DNA from: Mobula hypostoma
Taxonomy: Eukaryota
Direction: 5' to 3'
Assembly: GCF_963921235.1 (NCBI RefSeq)
Contig: NC_086097.1
Location: forward strand, 251,908,001 to 251,972,000
DNA: 64,000 nt
The position numbers and the translations under genes were made by a program. Positions 37,163-48,700 of this stretch are shown here, in pieces. Numbering within the stretch: the first letter of the stretch is position 1; each line of letters begins with the position of its first letter. The notes beneath the pieces were generated by a model. That model was given only the letters and a program-made list of their open reading frames with translations. It was not told the DNA's origin and ran no database searches.

Positions 37163-38479
37163 AGTGGGTAATTTGTTAAGCTGCAAAGAAGATAACAATT
37201 AACAATTCATCAAATGAAATGCAGTTTTCTGGCCACAAAGGTAGTATATTTTCTAGTTAATGAAATGTAAAGCATTTCAAAAAGTGATGAAAGATCACTG
37301 GAACTTGCCAGTTAGCCTAATCACATTCAAAACAATTTATAGTAAATCTTTCAACATCTTTGTACATCATCTACCAGAGCACATATTGGTAAAACAATCC
37401 CCATGCAGCCATGTTGAATGGAATAGTTCATTTCTGTACTTTAGGGAAAAAATCTGTTATTCTCAACTGGATGTAGTCTGTAGGTGACTACAACTGCACG
37501 CTCCATAACTATTGTTCACATTCAAAGTTCATAGTAAGTTTACTATCAGTAATAGTAGTGAGATCAGTCTAGTCAAGTGTGATGAGACACTGAAGATATT
37601 TTTCCTCCTTAGGAGTTTCTCCGAAGGTATTGTCCACTGTCGTCCCCTCAGGTCACTGAAGAGGTCGATCTGCATCCACACATTCTGGTGCAGTGTCGAC
37701 AAGAGTAATCGGTGTCAGTGTTTGGCAACACACATCAAAGTTGCTGGTGAACGCAGCAGGCCAGGCAGCATCTCTAGGAAGAGGTACAGTCAACGTTTCG
37801 GGCTGAGACCCTTCGTCAGGATGCTTGAAATTCCAGTATCTGCAGATTTCCTCGTGCCTGTGGTTGGCAGTTGGGTCTTTTGGTTTACAGTCTCTCCTTT
37901 CAGAGCTGCCCATCTCTGCAGCACAGAGGGGGTTGTTCTCATCCAGTGCAACTCCCTCTTGGAGAGATTTCTGCCAGGTGTATCTGTTGACTGTATATCT
38001 TCTCAGCTTACAGATGTCATGTTCAATTTGGTCAGGCTGATTTTGATGTCAGCAGGGGCTTGCTGACCTATTTCACCGTACACTACCTTGAGGTTTGCTT
38101 TCTGGCAGGCATTTACAGGAAAATAAAGAAATACAATAGAATCCAGGGGAAAACTAGAAGAAAGTCTGACAAACAAGGTGCAAAAAGACAAATCATTGTA
38201 ATAATTTTTAAGTAAAAAATAAATAAATATTACTGAGTTGCAGAGTCTGTATGTTGTGGAATCAGTTCAGTGTTGAGGTGACTGAAGTTATCCACACTGA
38301 TTCAGGAGCCTGATGGTTGTAGGGTAATAACTGGTTGTGATAAGATCTGATTGTGGAAGAGATTTTTTTTTGCCAATCTGTACTGGCTGGGGTCTGCAAG
38401 TGAGGAAGTCAAGGATCCGTTTGCACAGGGAGGTATTGAGGCCGAGGTCAAGGAGCTTAGTGATTAGTTTTGAGTGGAG

Positions 38480-40080
38480 ACCGATTATTTTCACATCTTA
38501 TGTCAATGAAATGGATAATGGAATTGATGCTTTGTGACTATGTTTGCAGCCGATACAAAGATAGATTATGAGAACACTCAGTCCTCATTTATTGTCATTT
38601 AGAAATGCATACATGCATTAAGAACTGATACAATGTTCCTCCAGAGTGATATCACAGAAAAACAGGACAAACCAAAGACTAACACTGACAGAACTACATA
38701 ATTATAACATATAGTTACAACAGTGCAAAGCAATACCATAATTTGATAAAGAGCAAACCATGGGCATGGTAAAAAAAGTCTCAAAGTCCTGATCGACTCC
38801 CGATAGTCCCCGATAGCAGGTGGCAAAAGGGAGAAACTCCCTGCCATAAACCTCCAGGCACCGGCAACTGCCGATGCATTGGAAGCACCCGACCACAGCC
38901 GACTCTGAGTCCGCCCGGCCGAAAACTTCAAGCCTCCGACCAGCCCCTCTGATACAGCCTCCCGAGCGCCATCCTCTGCCGAGCGCCTTCGACCTCGTCC
39001 CAGCCACCAAAAGAAGCAAGGCCGAGGATTCGGGGCCTTCTCCTCCAGAGACTCCAGTTACCACACAGTAGCAGTGACAGCGAAGCGGGCATTTCAGAAG
39101 TTTCTCCAGATGTTCCTCTGTACTCTCACGTCTGTCTCCATCAAATCAGAATTGCGCACGGTCCCCTACTTGACAAATACAAGACGTCGTCAGGTCACAC
39201 CGCCATCTTCTCCTCCTCCCATAGGTGGAAAGGTAGGTAGTGTTGGGTAAGCAGTGAGGCTGCAGAAGGACCTGGATAGATTGGGAAAATGGGCAAAGAA
39301 ATGGCAGATGGAATACAGTGTCGGGAAGTGTATGACCATGCACTTTGGTAGAAGGAATAAAGGCATAGTCTATTTTCTAAACTGGGAGAAAATCCAAAAA
39401 TCTGAGGTGCAAAGGGACTTGGGAGTCCTCGTGAGGATTCCCTAAAGGTTGATTTGCAGGTTGAGTCTGTGGTAAGAAAGGCAAATGCAATGTGTGCATT
39501 ATTTTCAAGAGGACTAGAATATAAAGCAAGGATGTAACGTTGAGACTTTATAAAGCACTGGTGAGGCCTCACTTGGAGTATTGTGAGCAGTTTTGTACTG
39601 CTTTAGAAAAGATGAGATGAAATTAGAGAGGATCCAAAGGAAGTTCACGAGAATGAATCGGTAAGTGAAAGGGTTAACTTATGAGGAGCATTTGATGGCT
39701 CTAGGCCTGTACTCATTTAAGTTTAGAAAAACAGGGGAGATCTCATTGAGACCTATTGAATATTGAAAGGCGTAGATAGAGTGAACATGGAGAGAATGTT
39801 TCTTATTGTGGGGGACTCTAGTACCCGAGGCATTGCTTCCAAAAACAGGGATGTCACTTTACAACAGAGATGAGGAGGAATTTATTTAGCCAGAGGAGGT
39901 GAATCTATGGAATTCATGGTCACAGACATCTGTGGAGGCCGAGTCATTGGGTGTACTTAAAGCAGAGGATGATCAGTTCCTCATTAGCCAGGGCATCAAA
40001 GGTTACGGGGAGAAGGCAGGAGAATGGGGTTGAGAGGGATAATAAATCAGCCTAATTCTGCTCCTGTGTCTTGTGGTCTT
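38480..40080 (+). mobile_element. Degenerate CR1 fragment interrupted by a ~650-bp non-autonomous retroelement (-, ~38565-39220)
   Basis: CR1 ..GCCGATACAAAGATAG resumes as ATAGGTGGAAAGG at 39221; RLQKDLDRLGKWAKKWQMEY. Confidence 0.75.
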
Positions 40081-40714
40081 ATGGGATGGTAATGTTGGAT
40101 GGAGCTGTAGTTAATGAAGAACATCCTGATGTTTGCATCTCCACAGTGCAGAACTGGCCCTGCCTTCCCTTTGAAGAAGGCATTCAGGCATTCACTGACT
40201 GCTCAGGACAAACAGGAATGGGGAATAAATGTAAACTTTACTACAATTGCTCAAAAGTAGAAAATATTTATCATAAAAATTATAGAAAGGCCCTGAATAA
40301 TCTGCTTCCCTTTTCAGTTTGGTCTATAGAATAAATCATCGCAAATGTGCCATCGTTCTGTCACAACAGAAGCCCCATCAGCTCCCTCTAGTGCTCCTCC
40401 TTCTTCCATGATCCACTTATGTGGCTGATTTAATTGCCACAAACATTCAGTGGTACGTTTGTCCTGTACCTAATAAAGTGGCCACTGAGTGTATGTTCAT
40501 GGTCTTCTGCTGCTGTAGCCCATCCACTTCAAGATTCAACATGTTGTGCATTCAGAGATGTTCTTCTGCACGTCACTGTTGTAACGTGTGGTTATTTGAG
40601 TTACTGTTGCCTTCCTGTCAGCATGAACCAGTCTGCCTGTTCACCTCTCTCATTAACAAAGCATTTTAACAAGTTTTGTTAAAATTTTGCTACTTATTAA
40701 TCAACTTTCATGAA

Positions 40715-41065
40715 ACATCTTGCAGTACCTAACAGTGACCAGGTGGTGGCGATGCCTGGTCACATCTTGCAGTACCTAACAGTGACCAGCTGGTGGCGAT
40801 GCGCGGTCACATCTTGCAGTACCTAACAGTGACCAGCTGGTGGCGATGCGCGGTCACGTCTTGCAGTACCTAACAGTGACCAGCTGGTGGCGATGCGCGG
40901 TCACGTCTTGCAGTACCTAACAGTGACCAGCTGGTGGCGATGCCTGGTCACATCTTGCAGTACCTAACAGTGACCAGCTGGTGGTGATGCGCGGTCACAT
41001 CTTGCAGTACCTAACAGTGACCAGCTGGTGGCGATGCGCGGTCACATCTTGCAGTACCTAACAGC
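40715..41065 (+). repeat. 47-bp minisatellite (7 full units plus a partial) of CTCF-like extended motifs
   Basis: Unit CACATCTTGCAGTACCTAACAGTGACCAGCTGGTGGCGATGCGCGGT; starts at 40761 and 40808. Confidence 0.95.
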
Positions 41066-41078
41066 TACACATCTTGAA

Positions 41079-42527
41079 GTTTTTTTTAACGTAACTATAA
41101 AAGTTTATTTACAAAACAAATACACAAAGTACAAACAGTCAGTATTTACAAGGCAGTGAATAAATTCAAATTAAAATATGATTACTGCCATCTATAAAAC
41201 AGTCAGATCCTGGGGGGGGGGGCTGCTCCGGGAAACCCCCCACAGTACCCATTGTGACCTCGTGCTCTCTCCAAGGGCAGCCAGGCATGAACATATCCTC
41301 AGAAGAAGGGCAAGCAGTTGACCTGGCAGAGCCATAGACGTTCCACCACCTAGACCTGTGAATAGCCAACTTGGCCAGGGCCAGGACCAAGCCCACCAGG
41401 ATATCCTCCTCGTGACCCACCCCCTTCTGTACTGGGTGCCTGTATATAAGAAGTGCGGGTCTGAAGTGCAACCGGAACCTGAGTAGCCACAGAATAATCC
41501 GGTGAACCTGCTGCACGGTACCATCCCATGCAACACCTTCCACCCCAGGTCCCCAGTGTGCAGGGGAAACACTCCTGCATAAACAGACTTCCACTGGGGA
41601 CCTCCTCCGCTGGCAGGTGGTCACACAGACCACCAAGGCAAGTCTGGTCGGCAGACGAAGACAAAACAGTGAAAAGTGTGCAAGAGCAGCTCATACAAGA
41701 AACATTTTGGAGCATCACGGAAGGGTACGGTGGGCATCCCGTGAGATGGCTCACGTTAGGTGGGACCCTCTCCCGCGAGGTATCCCGAGGTCTGGGTCCG
41801 AGCCCGAGCATCACTTCCGGTCCATCAGGTGGTGGTGCAGTTGGAACCGCTCCACTTCCCCGAGCGCCTCCCACCCCGAGACCCACAATGATAGGATGGA
41901 TACTAGTCCCCCTTGCAGCTAGACCAGCACAGGGGCACCCTGTCTGGGTGAGCCTGGACCCATATCCTCAACAGCTAAAACAGTAAAAGCCAGGCAGTTC
42001 CCTTAGAGGGGCACGGCTGGTGCCGTCTGTCGGAAGCCGCGTGCCCTCCTGCAGGCAGTGTCCCCGGAGAAGGTGCATCTCCAGTGCAAGCCACCTCAGA
42101 GGGTGGTCACCGTACAGGTATCTCTGCAGGGTCCTGAGGAGGACAGCCACCAGCTGGGTGTGCACATACACACCAGTGACTGGCCGCCCTCTGCATTCAG
42201 AAGATTCAGGATCGCAGCAGAGACTCAATGCCTCCTGTTGCCCCAACAAAAGTCCTCCTGCCTCTTCTGGGTCCTGGAGACAAAAGCAGTGGGCGGCACT
42301 AAATTAGTCAGTCAGTACCATATCATGGAGGCGACCAGCTGATTTATAACTAATCCCCTTCCCAGCTGGGCAGAGATCTTTTATTCCAAATCCCGCCAGT
42401 TCGCCAGCCAGGGCTCAACCGTCGACGCCTCAACTAGAGGAGGTGCACGATGCTCCACGCAAAGGGTCTCAACCTCCAGTAGGGAGTCGTCTTGCTACTG
42501 GCCCACCAAGAGGCCTGCACACTTTTC
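41079..42527 (-). mobile_element. Tx1/L1-clade LINE 3' fragment
   Basis: Poly-T (reverse poly-A) at 41079 and TTTATT at ~41104; GDLGWKVLHGMVPC and LVGLVLALAKLAIHRSR are Tx1 ORF2 C-terminal motifs. Confidence 0.8.
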
Positions 42528-43360
42528 CTTGCAGTACCTATCGGTGACCAGGTGGGGGCCACACCCGGACACATCTTGCAGTACCCATCAGTGACCAGGT
42601 GGGGGCCACACACGGCCACATCTTGCAGTACCTATCGGTGACCAGGTGGGGGCCACACCCGGACACATCTTGCAGTACCTACCAGTGACCATGTGGGGGC
42701 CACACCCGGACACATCTTGCAGTACCTATCGGTGACCAGGTGGGGGCCACACCCGGACACATCTTGCAGTACCTATCGGTGACCAGGTAGGGGCCACACC
42801 CGGACACATCTTGCAGTACCTACCAGTGACCATGTGGGGGCCACACCCGGACACATCTTGCAGTACCTACCAGTGACCATGTGGGGGCCACACCCGGACA
42901 CATCTTGCATTACCTATCGGTGACCAGGTGGGGGCCACACCCGGACACATCTTGCAGTACCTACCAGTGACCATGTGGGGGCCACACCCGGACACATCTT
43001 GCAGTACCTATCGGTGACCAGGTGGGGGCCACACCCGGACACATCTTGCAGTACCTATCGGTGACCAGGTGGGGGCCACACACGGCCACATCTTGCAGTA
43101 CCTATCGGTGACCATGTGGGGGCCACACCCGGACACATCTTGCAGTACCTACCAGTGACCATGTGGGGGCCACACCCGGACACATCTTGCAGTACCTATC
43201 GGTGACCAGGTGGGGGCCACACCCGGACACATCTTGCAGTACCTATCGGTGACCAGGTGGGGGCCACACACGGCCACATCTTGCAGTACCTATCGGTGAC
43301 CAGGTGGGGGCCACACCCGGACACATCTTGCAGTACCTACCAGTGACCAGGTGGTGGCGC
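42528..43360 (+). repeat. 47-bp minisatellite (about 18 units), sister of the 40715-41065 array
   Basis: Unit ACACATCTTGCAGTACCTATCGGTGACCAGGTGGGGGCCACACCCGG; period 47 (42663, 42710); final unit has CCAGGTGGTGGCGC. Confidence 0.95.
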
Positions 43361-44399
43361 AAAAATAATATAGCCCAAGTCCTCGAGTGGCAGTGATAGA
43401 GCAGGGATACACTGTAGTGTTGGTTGAGCAGACAACAGAGCACAGCATCTAAGGAGCGCTGGTGTGCAGCACCGAGCGAACACTGGAGAGCAGCACCAAC
43501 GGGAGGAGCCGGCTTCCAAGCCAGCACATATTCCAGCGTGTCGACAGCAGCCTCACCACCACCTTCCCTACCATTTTCTCAAGGGAATCGGACAATTCGT
43601 CGAGATTTTTCGGAAACAAAACTTCGTCCTGTTTTTTAAGTAATTAATAATATGTGACAGTTATGTAGTGGCAAATATTCAAGCAAAAGTGGTTCTGTGG
43701 AGTGGTAAATATTATTCTAACTTTATTCCTACATAATAAAATGTTTATATTTCTTGTCATTCTTAAGTTGTCATTAATTAAAGGTCAGTTTAATTTCCAC
43801 GTGGTGTTCTGGCCATACATCAGACTTCATATTAATTATCACAACGTCGCTGACATAAAACATAGACCATTACAGCGCAGTACACCATTTAACCTACTCT
43901 AACATCAAACTAACTCAACTCTCTCCCACATAGCACTCCAATTTTCTATTTTCCATGTCCTTATCTAAGCGTGTCTAATGTATCTGACACTGTCACCAAC
44001 CCTGGCAGTGAGTTCTACGCATCCGCCACTCTCTGTGTAAAACAAACTACCTCCAACATCCCCCCCCCATACTTTCTTCCAATCAACACGCCCTCAAGTG
44101 AACCTTGGGACTATTAAAGGATTTGCGCTCTCGACCTAATCACAAGAGATTCTGCAGATGCTGGAAATCCAGAGTAACACTCACAAAATGCTGCAGGAAC
44201 TCAGCAGGTCAGGCAGCATCCATGGGAAAGAGTAAACAGTCGACGTTTCTGAACGAGTCCCTTCTGATTCCAGTCCTGATGAAGAATCTTGGCCTGACAC
44301 GTCGACAGTTCATTCCTCTCCATAGATGCTGACTGACTTGCTGAGTTCCTCCAGTATTTTGTGTGTTTCCCGGTGCAGCAAGAGAGACCCGGGATCATT

Positions 44400-45050
44400 G
44401 CACCACACAAGGATAGTGCAGCGGCGAGGGGTCGGGGCGGATCCCGGATCCGGTGCGGGTGCAGCGGCGAGGGGTCGGGGCGGATCCCGGATCCGGTGCG
44501 GGTGCAGCGGCGAGGGGTCGGGACGGATCCCGGATCCGGTGCGGGTGCGGCGGCGAGGGGTCGGGGCGGATCCCGGATCCGGTGCGGGTGCGGCGGCGAG
44601 GGGTCGGGACGGATCCCGGATCCGGTGCGGGTGCAGCGGCGAGGGGTCGGGACGGATCCCGGATCCGGTGCGGGTGCAGCGGCGAGGGGTCGGTTCGACA
44701 CAAAACCCGGAGTTGGAGCGGGAACGGGGGCCGGTTGGACTCAAAACCCGGAGCGAGGGGACGGGGGAGCGTATATTATGTGGGGACGGGCGAGCGTATA
44801 TCCGCCGGCTGCCGGAAGTACTCGGGCGGTCCCGGACCGGCGACGGGCAAACATGGCGGTGGTGAGCGCAGCCGGCCGCCTCGTCCGTCAGTAAAGCGTG
44901 TTGTCGGATCACTGATCGGTCAGTAAACCCTGTTGTTGGATCATTAATCGGTGCAGCGTCCTGAGGAGAGAGCTGTGGAGAAGCGCCGGCCCGCAGATCC
45001 CTGGACACCAGGTAGGCGACAGGGATAGACCGGACTGACGGTCCGGAGCC
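44400..45050 (+). promoter_or_regulatory. INTS8: CpG-island promoter and probable 5' non-coding exon of INTS8
   Basis: The densest CpG stretch in the window; ETS/GABP motif CCGGAAGT at 44812-44819; YY1-type AAACATGGCGG at 44849-44859; candidate donors GTG|gtgagc (44861/44862) and CAG|gtaggc (45011/45012); the next acceptor-led exon is the INTS8 ATG exon. Confidence 0.7.
44416..44692 (+). repeat. 43-bp GC-rich VNTR (about 6.4 copies) in the CpG island
   Basis: Unit GCAGCGGCGAGGGGTCGGGRCGGATCCCGGATCCGGTGCGGGT; starts at 44418 and 44461 give period 43. Confidence 0.95.
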
Positions 45051-45779
45051 CGGTCTCTCTAATAGTCATTCATCGGATCGGTTTGTTCAAAGTAAAGTTA
45101 TTGTCAGAGTACAGTACATATATGTCACCACATACAACCCCGAGATTCGTTTGCCTGCCAGCAGACTCGGCAAATCTATAGAATAGTAACTATAACAGGA
45201 TCAATGAAAGATCAACCAGCGTGCAGAAGGCAACAAACTCTGCAAATGCAAATATAAATAAATAACGAGAACATGATATAAAGAAACACACATCAAAGTT
45301 GCTGGTGAACGCAGCAGGCCAGGCAGCATCTATAGGAAGAGGCGCAGTCGACGTTTCAGGCCGAGACCCTCTTCCTATAGATGCTGCCTGACCTGCTGCG
45401 TTCACCAGCAACTTTGATGTGTGTTGCTTGAATTTCCAGCATCTGCAGAATTCGTGTTGTTTGCATGATATAAAGAATCCTTAAAGTGAGCCGATTGGTT
45501 GTGGGAATCATTTTAATGATGGGGCGAGTGGTTATTCCCTTTGGTTCAAGAACCTGATGGTTGAAGGGTAAGAACTGTTCCTGAAACTGGTAAACACGAG
45601 GAAATCTGTAGATGCTGGAATTTCAAGCAACACACTTAAAAGTTGCTGGTGAACGCAGCAGGCCAGGCAGCATCTATAGGAAGAGGTACAGGGGGCATTT
45701 CGGGCCGGGACTCTTCATCAGGACAAAGGGTCTCGGCCCAAAACGTCGACTGTACCTCGTCCTATAGATACTGCCTTTC

Positions 45780-48700
45780 CTGAAACTGGTGGTGTGAGTC
45801 CTGAGGCTCCTGTACCTTCTTCCTGATGGCAGCAGCGAGAAGAGAGCATATCCTGGATGGGTGGGGTCCCTGGTGATGGATGCTGCTTTCCTACCACAGT
45901 GTTTCACGTAGGAGTGCTCAGTGGTGGGGACGGCTTTACCCATGACGGACTGGGCCATATCCAATAATTTTAATAGGATTTTCCATTCAGGGGCATTGGC
46001 ATTTCCATACCAGGCTGTGACGCAGCCAGTCAATATGTCCTCTGCCACATATAGAAGTTTGTCAAAGTTTTAGATGTCATGCTGCGCGTCCGCAGACTCC
46101 TGAGGAAGTAGAGGTGTTGCCATTTTTTTTTACATGAGCCCAGGCAGGTCCTTTGAAATAGTGACACCCAAGAATGTAAAGTTACTGACTCTCTCTACCT
46201 CTGATCCTCCGAGGATAGGTGGTGCTGAGGAAGCAATGTGATTGCAGCAGAACTTAGACAAATTGGACGAATGGGCAAAAAAGTGGCAGATGGAATACAG
46301 TGTTGGGAAGTGTATGATAATCGATTTTGATAAAAAGAAACAATAGTGTGACAAACATCTAAATGGCGAGAAGGTTCACACCTCCGAGGTGCAGGTCCTC
46401 GTGCAAGACTCCCAGCCTATTTACAGGTTGAGTCTGAAGGCAAATGCAGTGCTGGCATTTATTTCAAGGAGAACAGAATATAAAACCAAGGAGACAATGC
46501 CGAGCCTTTATAAGACACTAGTCAGGCTGCACTCTTCAAAAATTCATTTACAGGATGTGGGCATCGCCAGCTAAGCCAGCGTTTATTGCCCATCCCTAGT
46601 TGCCCTTGAGAAGGTGATGATGAGCTGCCTTCTTGAACCACTGCACTCCCTGACGTGTAGGTACACCCACAGTGCTGTTAGGAAGGGAATTCCATGCTTT
46701 GACCCAGTGACAATGAAGGAACACTACTATGTTTCCAAGTCAGGATGGTGGGTGACTTGGAGGGGGATTTCCAAGTGGTGATGGGTCTGGAAGGTGCTGC
46801 CTTAGGAACTTTGGTGTGTATCTTGTAGATAGTACACACTGCTGCAACTGTTTGTCAATGGTGGAGGGATTGGATGCTTGTTGAAGGGGTACCAATCAAG
46901 TGGGCTGCCTTGTGCTGGATGGTGTCGAGCTTCCTGAGTGTTGATGGAGCTGCACTCATGCAGGCGAGTGGCGAGTATTCCATTACACTCCTGACCTGAG
47001 CCTTGTAGATGGTGGACAGGCTTTGGGAGTCAGGAGGTGAGTTACACACCACAGGATTCCTAGCCTTTGACCTGCTCTGGTAGCAACGGTGTTTATATGG
47101 CTAGACCAGTTCAGCTTCCTGTCAATGGTAACCCCCAGGATGTTGATAGTAGGGGATTCAGTGCTGGTGATGCCACTGAGTGTCAAGGGACGATGGGTAA
47201 TGCCTCCCTTGTTGGAGACCGTCATTGCGTTGGAGTATTGTCAACAGTTTTGGGCCCCGTATCTCAGAAAGGATGTGTTGTCTTTGGAGAGAGGCCAAAG
47301 AAGGGTCATGAGGATAATTCTGGGAATGAAGGGGTTAACATATAGAAACATAGAAACATAGAAAATAGGTGCAGGAGTAGGCCATTCGGCCCTTCGAGCC
47401 TGCACCGCCATTTATTATGATCATGGCTGATCATCCAACTCAGAACCCAGCCTTCCCTCCATACCCCCTGACCCCTGTAGCCACAAGGGCCATATCTAAC
47501 TTCCTTTTAAACATAGCTAATGAACTGGCCTCAACAGTTTGCTGTGGCAGAGAATTCCACAGATTTACCACTCTCTGTGTGAAGAAGTTTTTCCTAACCT
47601 CAGTCCTAAAAGGCTTCCGCTCTATCCTCAAACTGTGACCCCTCGTTCTAGACCTCCCCAACATCGGGAACAATCTTCCCGCATCTAGCCTGTCCAATCC
47701 CTTTAGGATCTTATACGTTTCAAGCAGATCCCCCCTCAATCTTCTAAATTCCAACGAGTACAAGCCCAGTTCATCCAGTCTTTCTTCATATGAAAGACCT
47801 GCCATCCCAGGAATCAATCTGGTGAACCTTCTTTGTACTCCCTCTATGGCAAAGATGTCTTTCCTCAGATTAGGGGACCAAAACTGCACACAATACTCCA
47901 GGTGTGGTCTCACCAAGGCCTTGTACAACTGCAGTAGTACCTCCCTGCTCCTGTACTCGAATCCTCTCGCTATAAATGCCAGCATACCGTTCGCCTTTTT
48001 CACTGCCTGCTGTACCTGCATGCCCACTTTCAATGACTGGTGTATAATGACACCCAGGTCTCGTTGCACCTCCCCTTTTCCTAATCGGCCACCATTCAGA
48101 TAATAATCTGTTTTCCTATTTTTGCCACCAAAGTGGATAACTTCACATTTATCCACATTAAATTGCATCTGCCATGAGTTTGCCCACTCACCCAACCTAT
48201 CCAAGTCACCCTGCATCCTCTTAGCATCCTCCTCACTGCTAACACTGCCACCCAGCTTTGTGTCATCCGCAAACTTGGAGATGCTGCATTTAATTCCCTC
48301 ATCCAAGTCATTAATATATATTGTAAACAACTGGGGTCCCAGCACTGAGCCTTGCGGTACCCCACTAGTCACCGCCTGCCATTCTGAAAAGGTCCCGTTT
48401 ATTCCCACTCTTTGCTTCCTGTCTGCTAACCAATTCTCCACCCACACCAATACCTTACCCCCAATACCGTGTGCTTTAAGTTTGCACACTAATCTCCTAT
48501 GTGGGACCTTGTCAAAAGCCTTTTGAAAATCCAAATATACCACATCCACTGGTTCTCCCCTATCCACTCTACTAGTTACATCCTCAAAAAATTCTATGAG
48601 ATTCGTCAGACATGATTTTCCTTTCACAAATCCATGCTGACTTTGTCCGATCATTTCACCGCTTTCCAAATGTGCTGTTATCACATCCTTGATAACTGAC

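Noticed and set aside
40715..43360. CRISPR-like regular repeats (also 5191-6375 and 35225-35932)
   Set aside because: Units are contiguous with no unique spacers, there are no cas genes, and the context is eukaryotic; these are minisatellites.
44201..45008. Several overlapping 100-230 aa Arg/Gly/Pro-rich ORFs
   Set aside because: Artefacts of a stop-poor GC-rich 43-bp VNTR and CpG island, open in most frames.
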